DNA of 64,000 nt from Rhodosorus marinus CCMP1338 (lineage: Eukaryota; Plantae; Rhodophyta). The translations under genes and the position numbers were made by a program. Of the stretch, positions 21,991 through 34,710 are shown piece by piece. Position 1 is the stretch's first letter. Each line of letters opens with the position of its first letter. The notes beneath the pieces were generated by a model. The model worked only from the letters and a program-made list of their open reading frames with translations. It did no database searches and was not told where the DNA came from. The stretch spans positions 1,736,001 to 1,800,000 of the forward strand of contig JAMWBK010000004.1 in NCBI GenBank assembly GCA_029953675.1. The letters run 5' to 3'.

Positions 21991-24675
21991 TCACGAGAAC
22001 TGGCGCGTTAGCCAATTCCTAACATCCATTGTGCTATTTGTACGCCAAGCTGCATCAGCAGTAATGCCCTCAACGCTGTTTGCTATTGACGTAGCAAAAC
22101 CACTCTGGTCCTTGCCTTGGAAGAACGCTTGGACCTCCGCAGCCTTCCCGTCCTCTGAAAACTTCGTTGCCGCATTCACAATCCTTGGAAGGACGTGACT
22201 TCCGCCGCAGAATCGCGCTTTAATTTCCTCCCATCTGTCGAAGAGAACGGACAAAGCGTATGGCCAGTCAGAACATCAAAAAGTCAGAAGTCTTCTACGC
22301 AAGTACAGAGCAGTTCCTCACCGATTTTGAAGCCAGGACCAAACTAGGTCTTTGGCCTGCTCATCAGCGCTTGGCACAGAACCGATGGCATGAAAAGCGT
22401 CTTGTGCACGTACTTCTCGCAAAGCAAAATCAAGAGTACGCATTCTAAGCTTTTCCGTTCCCGAAGCCATGCCCAGCACGGATAGGCAAGTTACTCGCAA
22501 TTCGTTGAGCACAGCGTCATTGTACAGTTTAAGAATATCCTCATAACCCTGCTCCCCCAAATCCGACACGTGATGAGCGAAAGTGGGTGCAACAAGCTCT
22601 GGGGATACTGACTCAGGATCCTTCACAAACTGTTCGTACAGTTCAGATGCTTGCACCTTGGTGCTATCATCGTCCGCTGCTAGTAGCAATGACATAACGA
22701 TTCTGCGCAACGGCGGGAGCTCCAGCTCCAGCTCGGAACCTTGATCTCCGCTCACAAGGTCACTCAACATGGATACCACTTTCTTCGCTAAACTTCTCCA
22801 ATGTTCAAGACCTTCTGGGTATGAATCGCAGAAAACCCTTTTGACGTCGTACAGAACGGATACCACGCCTTCCCAAACTGCGAACTCGTTTTCTCCTCGC
22901 AACGAGAGCAACAAATCCAAGGCAACCGTCGTCGACAATGCACCCTTACGAGCCAGTGCAAAGGCGTCGGACAATAGTCCCGCTCTGGCACTCGCCGGAA
23001 TCGCTTCTGAAGAATCGTAGTCCATTGAGCCGAGTTTCAGGATGATAGCGTTCCAAACCCGAGGGGGGTAGTTCACCCTGTAAAAGCCCGCCCTAGTAGA
23101 GTTAAGGAGGAACCATTGCTCCTTAGACACATCGAAGGGGAGACGAGTACTCGCCTCCTTGAGAATGAATCGATGGGCTGTATCCGGCTCCGAGGCTGTC
23201 GAGTACGTGAGAGGGACCATCCAAAGCTTTGATGATTCTGCCCGAGTGGTTTCAGTTGTTGCGGCCACCGTAAAACGGGACTGAACGACTGATGGGTGCC
23301 CAGATGACGACTCCGTCACCTCGATCAGGGGGTACCCTTCGAGCTTTGTCCAGCTGCTCATCATGGATTCCATGGGCAAGTTTGTTTGCTCCGCGACTGC
23401 GTTCCAAAGGTCGACTGTTGTCGCCGCCCCGTACTGATGCCTCTCGAGGTACGTTTTTAGTGCGGCCCGGAACTCGTCTACGGTAACAAAATCTGCGAGC
23501 ATGCGAATCAGCGAAGCCGCCTTGAGGTACGAGATCGCGTCGAAGGCTTCGTTGATCTGACCGGGATCCTCAACTGGGACTTCAATAGAGTGAGTAGACA
23601 AGAGCGAATCCAGTCGAAGTGCTGAAAGGTAACTCGAGCATGTGAATTTCAGTGGCTCCTTCCACTCTTTGTATATATCATGGATTGCAACCATGGATGC
23701 CCAGGTTGCAAAACCCTCCTTAAGCCAGAGATGTTCCCACCATGACACCGTGACCAGGTTACCAAACCACATGTGGGCAATTTCGTGGCAGATTGTCTCT
23801 CCAGCACGTTGCCGCACGATGATGGAGCTCAGTTTATCGTCGCTGAGAATGGCTGTTTCTCGGAAAAGGATACACCCCCAGTTCTCCATAGCTCCTATTG
23901 GAAAGTCCGGAATCGCAACCATGGACATCTTGGGAAGGGGGTACTCAACTCGGAAAAACTCCTCGAAGAAGTCCAGGCAGTTGGTTCCCGTTTCCAACGC
24001 GAACCTACCCAATTCCTGCTCTCCAGGTTTGGTGATTACCTCAACAGTGACTCCCCTTTTCGACGTAGTCACGGATCGTTCCAGATCTCCCACGACAAAG
24101 GCGACGAGGTAGGTAGGCATGGACGGAGTCTCCTGGAACTTTGTTAGTCGTCGGTCATCGGAGGCTTGTTCGACTTCCACTGGCATGTTGGAGACGCACT
24201 GTCGGTTCAATTCAATCCCCATAGTGATTGAGAACTTGGCCCTGAAAGAGGGTTCGTCGAAGCAAGGGAAAGCTCGCCTCGCGTCAGTGGGTTCAAAGTG
24301 CGTTGTTGCCATGTATCCACCGTTCTTGTACGAGGAGCGGTAGAATCCCTCCATTTTCTCCCGCAGATGGCCCTTGAACGAGATGTCCAAGTCAAACATG
24401 CCACTCGGGATTTCATCTTCGAACTGTAATTCGACCATCTGTGACTTTTCCAGCACTTTGCACGACTTCATTTCCTGGGTGACATCACCCCAGCTCGCCG
24501 AGCCCTCACCGATCTCCAAGCCAACTGCATGGAGACGGACAGTCTTCGACGGCTCAGCCTGTTTAATTGAGATTCGAACCTGGCCATCATATCGAAAGCT
24601 CTCCAAGTACACATCCAGTCGAAGCTCATAGCGCTCCGGTCTAGAGATACCGCTGAGTCTCAGAGTATCTGCCAT
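21991..24675 (-). CDS. NPEPPS: M1 family aminopeptidase, puromycin-sensitive aminopeptidase-like; 2 exons
   Basis: Motifs THFEPTDARRAFPCFDEP, GAMENWG, HEIAHMWFGNLVT..WLKEGFA and AISYLK, plus an ERAP1-C-like C-terminus. A GTGAG...CAG intron at about 22320-22234 joins QNR to WEEIK. The orthology label is tentative. Confidence 0.93.
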
Positions 24676-24968
24676 CCGTGCTCAACTCCTATAGAAAAAA
24701 AAAACCGCAAAAGGACTAAATGGCAGCCTCCGAAATACGCAAACGGATCGATACGAGCTGGAATCATTGAGACCGAACACAGTTCTTGACAATGACTCCG
24801 GCAGGCCACGCCACGTTCCAATCGACTCCATAAGAACGCGAATCTCATTCAGCTACAGTACAATTGTATCCATTCGTACACAGTGTAGGTGGCCGTAGTA
24901 TCGGTTGTGGGAGATGGACGCGCTTTTCTGCCGTCTTTGTAAGGAATCGTTTCGAGCTGAGCGGCGTT

Positions 24969-25685
24969 GACGGCCCACGCCGTTGTTTGCCTTTGCTTCA
25001 ATCAGGATGCATCTTCGAGTGTTCCTACTTTGTATTTGGTAGTCCTCTTCTGTGCTGGAAATGCCTGTTTGTTTTGGTTCTTTAGAAGATCACCCTAGCT
25101 GAGCTCTAATCTGTGCATTACTTTTAGGCACCCTTCATCTCTGTACATTGGCCGCGCGCATCAATCAGCAGCGCAATCAAAGTTGCGCAAAGCCTTTCTT
25201 CCACTAAAGACGTTCCATCCTTATTGAAACTTCCGTCATCATCGTAAACCGAATTGATTGCTGAGGCACGCGCATCCTCAAGCGTAGAGATTCTCAATAG
25301 ACCACAACCGATAGCTCTTGACGCCCGCGCTTTGGTTTGCCTTCGCTTCAATCAGGATGCATCGGCGAGTTGTATTTGGTGATCCTCTTCTGTGCTGGAA
25401 ATGTCTGTTTGTTTTGGTCTTGGGAAGATCACCCTAGCTGAGCTCTAATCAGTGCATTACTTATAGGCACCCTTCATCTCTGTACATTGGCAGCGCGCAT
25501 CAATCAGCAGCGAAAAAAAATCGAAGTTGCGCAAAGCCTGTCTTGCGCGAAGGCCAAGAATACCAGGGAACGTCCGCAAAGGATATCCCACCCTTATTGA
25601 AACTTCCGACAGCATCCTAAACTGACTTGATTGCTGAGGTACGCACATCCTCAGGCGTAGAGATTCTCAATGGACACACCCGACA
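24969..25685. repeat. Two imperfect tandem copies of a ~350-bp unit
   Basis: About 24969-25312 and 25320-25685 share long blocks, e.g. GCTTCAATCAGGATGCATC, CCTCTTCTGTGCTGGAAATG, GAAGATCACCCTAGCTGAGCTCTAATC, GGCACCCTTCATCTCTGTACATTGG and GCGTAGAGATTCTCAAT. Confidence 0.92.
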
Positions 25686-26924
25686 CTTTTTCGGTTCCCA
25701 TCCTTCCGCCGAATTGACAACCTTCTACACGTGCGCCCAATCAGCTCATCAACAGTAGCGCTCAAAAACTCATGTTCAATTGCCGCACAAAGAACAAGCC
25801 CTTTTATTTCCAAACTTTACGATATTGCTCCTCAAATAGATAAATAATTTATCCCCCTATCTCGAGTACAGATATTTTATTTCCATTATACTATAATACC
25901 ATCGTATCCAAATATTGTTTTCATAATATTCTGGGCTCAGACTCGCATATTTAAGTATTTTTCAATCATTTAATTGAAATATAAATTATTTCTCGCTTTA
26001 TAAGTATCCGCCGTTCCACGTCCAAAACTGCTTTTCTCAGATACAAAATTCAAATCGCACACCAACACCACAACCCCCCCCTCCCCTGCCCCCCGGCGCC
26101 GTAACCGCAGACTAATGTAACCCCAGATTAACTTTTTTTTAGTTAATACATAAATATCTTGACATGGAAAGCGGCTATCATGCCCCTTACTAAAAACTTT
26201 GTTTAGCGAGACCAATCTAACATTGGCGTCTGCTAGATCGGCCAAGATTTCTTTTTTCGTGGATTATTTCATCCCTTGCTAATAGGACCGGTTAAAACGT
26301 AACTATAATATTATATATTTCAGCCCAGCACTCTCCTCAACCCCCAGGGATGTGTGCCAGAGAAAAAGTCCCCTATTTGCCCATCTCCGATAGATCGTAA
26401 TGTTTTAACACCAAAAAAAAAAATCTCGGCCCCGTGTCGGCTAACAAAATTGCTTTCTTAATAGAAAACGGGCTATCTCCTTTTTATTTCCAAATATCTA
26501 ATCCTTAAATATGTATATGTAATACTTTCAGAGTGTGTACTGTTTTTATCCAAATAACAAAATTTGTTAACAATTTATTGAAAAAACAGTCATTCTATTT
26601 TTATGAAATAAACATGCTCCGCACACGTTTCGTACTCCCCCTCCTATTGTGCACGGTAGATTCTACATATTTGTATTTTGTAAATTATGTTGGTTGGTAA
26701 CGGGTCTGCTCGTTTCGAAATAAGGGGTGCTCCAAACCTTCTTGTTGTATGAATTATGGTTTATTTGTGGCTGGCCGTGGGCCTTTGGTGGTTGTCGTTT
26801 CACGACTCCCAAAAATTAGTGTTCCTTTGTAAAAGCACGTAAATGTAATTAGCTATGTATTACAATATAAATCTCTATATTTGAATTTATTTTCATTATT
26901 TGTTGATCGTTTCGGGTCGCGGCC

Positions 26925-27222
26925 AGTTTGGCCATTATTACTGTTTCACCTAAATCTCAACACTCGAATTTATTTTCATTATACATACATTGATTACATA
27001 TATATATATATGTGTTGGGGTCGTGGCCATTATTACTGTTTCATATAAATCTCAACGTTCGAATTTGTTTTCATTATATATATGTTCATACGGTTATGGG
27101 GCCAGGGGGGCCATTTGGCCACTATTACTGTTTCATATAAATCTCAACATTCTAAGTTTGTTTTCCTTACATATGTTGATGGTTTTCTCTTTTACAAGGG
27201 GCCAAGTTGGCCACTATTACTT
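26925..27222. repeat. AT-rich imperfect tandem repeat, unit ~85-95 bp, about 3.3 copies
   Basis: TGGCCA(T/C)TATTACT recurs four times. The first three continue GTTTCA..TAAATCTCAAC. Confidence 0.88.
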
Positions 27223-27889
27223 TAGTTTTTGGGGGGTTTTGAGAGGGTTTGGAGATATATAAATTGCAGTTAGGGTTCCTTGTATTTGAGGTGTGGGAGG
27301 GATTGTGCTAGATGGAGGAGGGTTGGGGGTGGGAGGGAGGAGGGGGTGTTTGTAGGGTTGGTTCGGGAGAGTGATTGTTATTGTGTGTGGCGGAGTGGTG
27401 GATGCTCGTCGCCTGTGGTCTTGATAGACTTTTTAATGAGTTTTTTCCTCAGCAGGGATTGTTGGGGTGGCTTTGAGGTGCGCGAATGGTATCTGTAGGA
27501 GAGGAGGGGATGGGGGGTGAATTTTTTTGGTGAGCTGGATTAAGGTGGGAGGGGAGTTTGGGCGGGTGACCTTCTGGCTTTGTTGATCAATAGGTGCCTA
27601 ACTTGAACCATTTTCGGAAATCCTGGAAAGCTGTGTGTTATTTGACCTGGGAAAGGCAGAACCACCGAGGAGCCGGTGGTGAGGTTTGTGGGGAAGGCAG
27701 CTTGTGGAAGGGGGGGGCAACCCCCAAGGACATGCTGGAGTAATCCCGGCGTTTCATTAGGATATCAGAGTGCTGTTGTTAGCTGGACAGTTTCGTTGGG
27801 ACTACGTTCTTAGCAGAAGCTGGTCGAGAGAGTTCCGAAGCCCAGCTTGGCCTTTCTTCTTCTATCGTTTTTGTTGCGACTTATTGAAT

Positions 27890-30800
27890 ATGAAGGGCGT
27901 GATATCAACAACAAACTGGTCCAGTCGAAGGGATGGAACCAGGGTTATCTCCTTGGATCCCCTCCTGGAACCATATGTGGAGGCTTTGAAGTATAGATTC
28001 GGCAGATACTGGGAGCTGAAGCAGTCGCTTGACATATTGGAGAAGGGAGTAGGCGAGTTCTCCAAGGGAATGAAGTTTTTCGGCTTCAACATTGTGGCTG
28101 ATGGGATTCTTTATCGGGAGGTAGCCAGACGCCTTTTCGTTTCTAATTAGCGCATATAACAGGAGATTTGTATCTGAAAAGCCTTAACGGATTTTGGTTT
28201 TGCATTATAGTGGGCCCCAGGCGCAGATGCTGTGTACATTTGCGGGGACTTTAACAACTGGGATAAGAGCCAGCATAAACTGAAGAAGGAGGATTACGGC
28301 TACTGGTCCATTCTGCTTCCTCGAAAAAAGGACGGCTCACAAATGATTTCGCACAAGAGCAGAGTGAAAACCATTGTAATGACCCCTGGAGGAATGATGC
28401 TTCACCGGAATCCTGCTGCGTAAGTTTCGTATCCCGCGGGGCTATCGAATACCCACACACCCACTAACATGATATCCTCCTACGAACTCGTTCAACAGGT
28501 CAACGTATCTCCTTCAAGATAACTCAACAAAGCTGTTCGATACGGTTTTCTGGAATCCTCCCGAGAGGGAGCGTCACGTGTGGAAGCACCGAGAAACATG
28601 GCTGAAGCGGCCAGACAGCCTTAGAATCTACGAGTGCCATGTGGGAATGGCTACCAAGGAAGCCAAAGTATGTCATGAAGCATCACATCCCCCTTTCCGT
28701 AGAAGTGCTGGCATCAGGCTCAAACATCTGATGTACCTTGGTTATTGTTGTTTTAATGTATCTGTTCAGGTCGGAAGTTACAGGGAATTCAGCAGAGACA
28801 TTCTCCCTCGGTAAGCTGCGCACCGAGTGTTCTGACCGTCTGTTTCGACTCTCTAAAAAGCGATCGCTTGCCTTCATAGAATCAAACGGCTTGGCTATAC
28901 TGCAATCCAGGTCATGGCCGTTGCGGAGCATGCATACTATGGGTCTTTCGGGTACCATGTTACGAACCCCTTCGCCGTGAGCTCGCGATGTGGAACTCCA
29001 GAGGACTTCAAGGAGCTCGTGGATACTGCGCATTCGCTGGGGCTGCTTGTTCTGATGGATCTGGTGCATTCACACATCTCTTCAAACTCGATGGATGGAA
29101 TCAACCACTTCGATGGAACCGATGGGCAGTACTTTCATGAGGGAGAGCAAGGGATGCATCGCGAGTGGGACAGCAGATTATTTAACTACGGTCATTGGGA
29201 GGTGCTGAGATACCTCACTAGCAACGTTCGTTGGTGGATGGAGGAGTATCACATCGACGGGTTCCGGTTTGACGGAGTTTCTTCGATGTTGTACAAACAC
29301 CATGGCTTTGGAGTGGAGTTCACTGGGGACTATGCCGAATATTTCGGTTTTCATGTGGATATCGACGCTTGTATTTATTTGATGCTTGCAAATGAGCTCA
29401 TTCATGATATAAATCGTTCCGCGCTGACGATAGCGGAGGAAGTAAGTGGGGCGCCAACTGTCTGCCAACCAGTTCCAGATGGCGGACTTGGGTTTGATAT
29501 GCGGCTGGGGATGGGTATTCCCTCCATGTGGATCAAGTTCTTAAAGGGGGACCACAAAGACGAAGAGTGGTCAATGGATGAGATTTTACATGAGCTCACC
29601 AATCGAAGAGGTGATGAAAGAGTAGTTTCTTACGCGGAAAGTCATGACCAGGCCATCGTTGGTGACAAGACGTTAGCTCACTGGATGATGGGTGAAGAAC
29701 TCTATCACTGCATGGGAAAGAACGTAACTCCAAATCTTAATATGGAACGCGGGCTCGCCCTGCATAAGATGATAAGGCTGATTACATATGCTTTGGGTGG
29801 CGACGCGTACCTGAATTTCATGGGCAACGAGTTCGGCCATCCAGAGTGGATAGACTTTCCTCGCGAAGGGAACGGGTTCAGTCATGAAAGAGCCAGAAGG
29901 AGATGGGATCTTGCCGACGACGAGCATCTCCGGTTTCACCAACTTGAGGACTGGGACGTGGAAATGCACAAATGTGAAAGTAAATACCGTTTCTGTCGAC
30001 AGGGCTCCTCTCTGCAAGCCGTACACGTCAGCAATCAGGACAAAGTGATCGTGTTCGAACGCGGAGATAGACTCCTGTTCGTATTCAACTTCCATCCTTC
30101 GGCTTCGTACACGGACTATCGAGTCGGTGCCACGTTTCCGGGAACGTATGAAGTTGTTCTCGACTCTGATGCCAGCAACGTAGCTGGACTTGGTAGAGTT
30201 CACTGGCATGTGAAGCATCCGACGACGAATATTGGCGCTACGGTAAGCGAGAAGCCCCGGTACTTGGGGAAGAATATTAACGTGCTTGCTTGCTGTGCTA
30301 ACAACTGTCTTATGTATGTGTAACAGGGCCGGCCTTACTCAGTTTTGCTCTACCTTCCAGCCAGGACTTGTCAAGTCTACCACCTCGAGACGCCGGCCTC
30401 GGGCTTTAAGCTTGACCCCAAACCCACGAACACGACGTCTGAGATGAAGAAACCAGTTACAAGTGTCACCCCGACATCTGCTGCTACCAGGCATACTCCA
30501 AATGAGAATGTTACGCGAACTGCGAAAAATGCCAAGGTTCACTACCACGTAATTGGTGGTCCACTGCCTCCAGCCCCGACCGTGGACGGCCAAGCACCAA
30601 GTCTCGATAGCACCTCTGGGAACGTACCTGCCAGATCGCAAACCAACGGTGCCATGAAGGCACGAACGGAAACGCCAAACGCGGTGCAACGGGATATGGA
30701 TTCTTCAAAGAACGTGGTTTCATTGAAGGATGTGAAACCATCAAAGGGCGTGCAATTGTCAAAGGATTTAGATTCTTCTGAAGGAGCCGCGAAGTCAATG

Positions 30801-31655
30801 AGCGAGGCTGCGGCAAAGGTGGCGAGTCAAACATCACGTACAGACAGCGCCTCCTCTGGAAATGTGGCTGTCAAATCGTCTCTCGGTAGTCTCTTGCCTG
30901 TGGATAACTCTAACTCTAGAGTCGCAGGAGAGGGCTTGAGCCAACCATCAGATAGCACTGTGGCGGCCATGAAATCGTCTCCGGGTACTACCGAGAAAGC
31001 CCACAGAGACGTCTCTAAGGCAACTGAGAAGGATGTGGCCACTTCCACAACTGGATCGTTCGCCAAGGAGTTGTCTCGCACGGCCGAGGCTTTAAGGAAC
31101 GTCAAGGTTAAGTCGTCTCCTGCTGATACTGCGAAAGTACCGGTGGATACTACCAAGCCAGGGGAACAAGACCTTCACTCATTGAACAGAGGAAAGACGC
31201 CAGCGGTGGAGCACGATTCGACCGTGTCATCCGGAACAGTGTTGGCCAGCCAAGCGTTACAGGAAAAGGGCACCACAGGGGGCGTAGCGGTTAACTCGCG
31301 CCCGGTCGTTGACGTGGAAGAGCACCTGACTAAGTCCAAATCACCCGGTAAAGACACGGATTTATCTCGGAGTATCGCAAAGTCAGCACCGGAACAACTC
31401 CCAAGCAAGACAATCGCGAGCACGACCAGTGAGAAAGTCGACCATCGTGCGGCGGATAAACAGAAACCTTCAACCGTAAAAGGACGCGGCGGGGAAGTTC
31501 CGGCGCCCAGAGATCAACCGCACGGCGTCTCTGACGAAGCCGCTGTCGAGTCGAACTCGAGCCAGAAAGATGATGTTTACGAGGAGCTTAATCGACTTGT
31601 GGATGAGGCAATCAGTACCCCGGAGAAGCGCCAAGTGGCAAGTAAGAAAAAGTAA
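27890..31655 (+). CDS. GBE1: 1,4-alpha-glucan branching enzyme (GH13, starch/glycogen BE) with a ~420-aa low-complexity C-terminal extension; 6 exons
   Basis: Motifs [77 protein letters not shown] and [19 protein letters not shown]. The last intron, 30243-30326, joins IGAT to [11 protein letters not shown]. No N-terminal transit peptide. Confidence 0.96.
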
Positions 31656-32248
31656 GCGGTGGGTCCTCTTATAATCGGTCTTTAATCCCAGCACTAACCT
31701 CCTTAATAAAACAAAAACACAAAAAAAAAACTCCTAACCTGCAAAATCCTTCCTTTTTCCAAGGGTTGTGGAGAGCCGCAGTTCACCATCGAAAGGCAGG
31801 ACCAATCGCAGAGGTTTGGAAATGCTGACTAACTTGATTCTAGCGGCTCAAGACTTTTAGAGCTTGTTATCCACAACGCGCAACCAAGGGCCCCCACCAC
31901 GGGCCCAAAACGCCATCAGACGAAGAGGTATAGACGACTGCCATGCCACCTCAGGATGATGTCCACGAGGCAGTCCCTCTTTTACGCCTCTTCTTTGTAC
32001 AACAGCCCTTCCTGCCTCCTCAAAATGGCAGAATCTGGGCGTCCCCTACGCCCGCGAGCTCTCTATAAATAATGTGCAAAGCCAGTCTCGCATATGCTTA
32101 AAAATCTCTGCTGGATCGGGGCCCTTTTTCCTCATTTTCCATCAATGCTCTTGCAAAGTACCTGCCTCCCCAAAGCTCCTCGTAGCCCAGCTGTCCGTCC
32201 ATCCGCTCTTTCACCTATGGCCTTTCCAGCCTTTCCATTTGCGTCACT

Positions 32249-33941
32249 CTATTCCCCAGCTTGTTGAGATCTCTTGGCAACTATCTTGTTCAGTAAAACG
32301 TTGGCCCTGAACACTCGCTGCTCATCTGACGGCTGCAAGTCCAGGATTGCCTCACAGTGAGATAAGGACTGGTCGTAATCTTCTCTTGAAAAGTAGTACT
32401 CGGCAAGGTAGATATGAGCCTCACTCGATTGCCCAAGTCCAGCTTCCTGCTCAGACCTCGAAATCAGCTCCTTGTACCTCTCCGCAGCCAACTCCGGCTT
32501 TCCAACCCTTTCGTAGAGAACCGCCAATCTCAACAGAACATACCCTGCCGGGTCTACCCATAGCCACATGACGAAAAACTTCAGAACTCTTACGCATTGA
32601 AGGTCAGGTTAAGAGAGCGGAAAAGAAGTTACCTAGAAAGTGATCGCAAGAAGCAGCACGTTCGTAACATGCTATAGCCCTGTCGTCTCGTTTGAGCTCC
32701 TGATAGCAGTTGCCTAGTGCGAACCACATTCTTGAATCCGAAGGTCTTAACGCTGCCGCTTTTCGGAAATAGTAGAGCGTATACAACGGCATGCACAGGA
32801 GTTCGTAGGTTTGGCCCAGACCGTACCAGGCCCTATAGTCGCGAGGATTGATGTCTACGGCGTTCCTGTAGGCTTCGACGGCCGCTGAGGTGTTCTTCAT
32901 TTCGACGTATTCGTGGCCCATGAGAGTCCAGGCGGAGAGGTAGGATCGATTCAACTTCAGCGCCCTCATAAAGTAGTTGACCGCCTTCTCGTGCTCGTTA
33001 CGGAGCGAGAGGTAGTTGCCGATAACGCAGCAGGTTTCGGGGCGATACTTGTCGATCTTGACGCAGTTGTGAGCTAGCGAGCTGAGCTCTGCTCGAAGCT
33101 CTTTCACGTAGAGGATGTCCGAGAAGGTGTCGATTCCTTCCAATCGATACGGATCGTCCTCTACGATCTGTTCAAAGATCGCCTGGGACTCGTCGAACTC
33201 TCGCGCATTGTAGAGCGCCAGGGCCTGTTGGTTTCGAATGTACACGGATTTCGGGAAGACCTGCTCAAGTTTTGAGTAGCGATGTTCGCTTTCGTTTCGC
33301 TGCTGAAACTCCACGGCGACGTGAGCAAGGAAAAACTCCTTCATCCAGTGATCCGGTAGCCTCGTATGGTCTATTTCCCCACTTTTCTCCATCATCGCAA
33401 CAATCTCCGTCCACGCACCCCAATGAAAGGGAAACTTGTTGACAGATTCGCATAGTGCATCGATCGCTGCTTTCTTCAGGTTCAGCGCCTTGAGGACGAT
33501 TCCCAGCAAGTAGTGACCAAACGCATCGAGCTCTCCGGCATCCCTGCAGCTCGTGAGCTCCTTCCGGAGCATCGTCAGCTCCGAATTTACCTGGCTCGAC
33601 TCATTCTGCAAAGTAGCTTCTTCCTTCTGCTTCTCACCAGCAAGATAGATCGCATACCACCTCAGAAACCTCTCCTTCGGAAGTCGACCCCCACTCAAGT
33701 ACCGTGCCGCCCGTCGATACTCTCGAGATTCCACATAAAGCCTTGCAAGACGGTACTGATCGCTCTCCTGCTCACCGTCTACCTCCAACCCACCATTCTC
33801 TCCGTTCGCATCCGCAGAGGCATTACCATCCTCACCGCAAGACACCAACAGTTCCGCACACCACCTCGCAGAATTCGTTAAGCAACGAGCTGAAAGCGCA
33901 GAAACCGCCCATCGTAGTTCACTCCTTCTTGACATCGACAT
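32249..33941 (-). CDS. CDC23: Anaphase-promoting complex subunit 8 (CDC23); 2 exons
   Basis: ELRWAVSALSARCL..SARWCAELL, DPYRLEGIDTFSDILYVKE, IDKYRPETCCVIGNYLSLRNEHEKAV.YF.RALKLN, AWTLMGHEYVEMKNT and DYRAWYGLGQTYE; TPR array. Confidence 0.97.
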
Positions 33942-34071
33942 CTAGTCCAACACCGCCACCTGAATAGTTTACTCAACGAAGTTCGAGCATTCAGAGGGTC
34001 AGCTCGATCCCCTTAATCCAACTCTTCTTCACCAGACTCCACTCAATCAGAAGTTCGTATTCGACAGCTTA

Positions 34072-34340
34072 AGCCCAATCTCTCTGACTAAAAGTCTTTC
34101 TCCTACGATCCTCTCAAACACCACTCCAGAACAAGGTCGACCTAGACGGATAAGGCCCAATCGTCAAGCACAGTAAGACTTTCTCCTACGATCTTCTCAA
34201 GCACACCACTCCAGACGAAGGCTAGAAGCGTCTTGTCTTCTGTGACAATCAAATCCCAATCTTCAGCCACGTCTTCTCACAGATGATTGTCTCAACAAAC
34301 AGCGATCAAGCCCCAATCGCTTACCAAAGTCCTTCTCAAA
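34072..34340. repeat. Imperfect ~85-bp tandem repeat (2-3 copies) upstream of CDC23
   Basis: AAG(G)CCCAATC and CTTTCTCCTACGATC.TCTCAA..CACCACTCCAGA recur. Confidence 0.75.
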
Positions 34341-34439
34341 CTCTACTTCAAGAGACAATTTGCGTAAACCTCTCTCCCGGGCCCCTTGTTGACAGCATGG
34401 CATAGCCGATCACGTCACATCGCATCCCATATGGATGTG

Positions 34440-34710
34440 AACTCTCAACCTCTAAAGCTCTGGAGGGGCAACTCTTGTATTGCACTTTGTAGCTATAAGA
34501 GTGCCAGTACCTAAATTCTTGCTTGTGTAAATACTCATTCACCTTGTGACCCCGCTTCCCGACCGTAGCACACCTGCTCGCGTTGTGAAGCTGGCCGATC
34601 ACAATGGATATGGACTCTTTGAACCTACAGCTCTGGAGGGCCAACTCTTTTGTTGCTGCACTTCGGATTTATGAGAGTGTCAGTAGTTATTACTTGCTAG
34701 TGTTTACTGA
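34440..34710. repeat. Two diverged ~95-bp direct repeats (about 34440-34540 and 34613-34710)
   Basis: AACCT.A.AGCTCTGGAGGG.CAACTCTT...TGCACTT...TAT.AGAGTG.CAGTA occurs twice. Confidence 0.75.

Larger units (their letters stand above)
18464..22027. repeat. Tandem segmental duplication, copy 2
   Basis: Colinear with 14084-18451. It lacks about 14410-14810 and 16149-16678 of copy 1, and has an extra ~107 bp at about 20333-20439. Confidence 0.9.
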
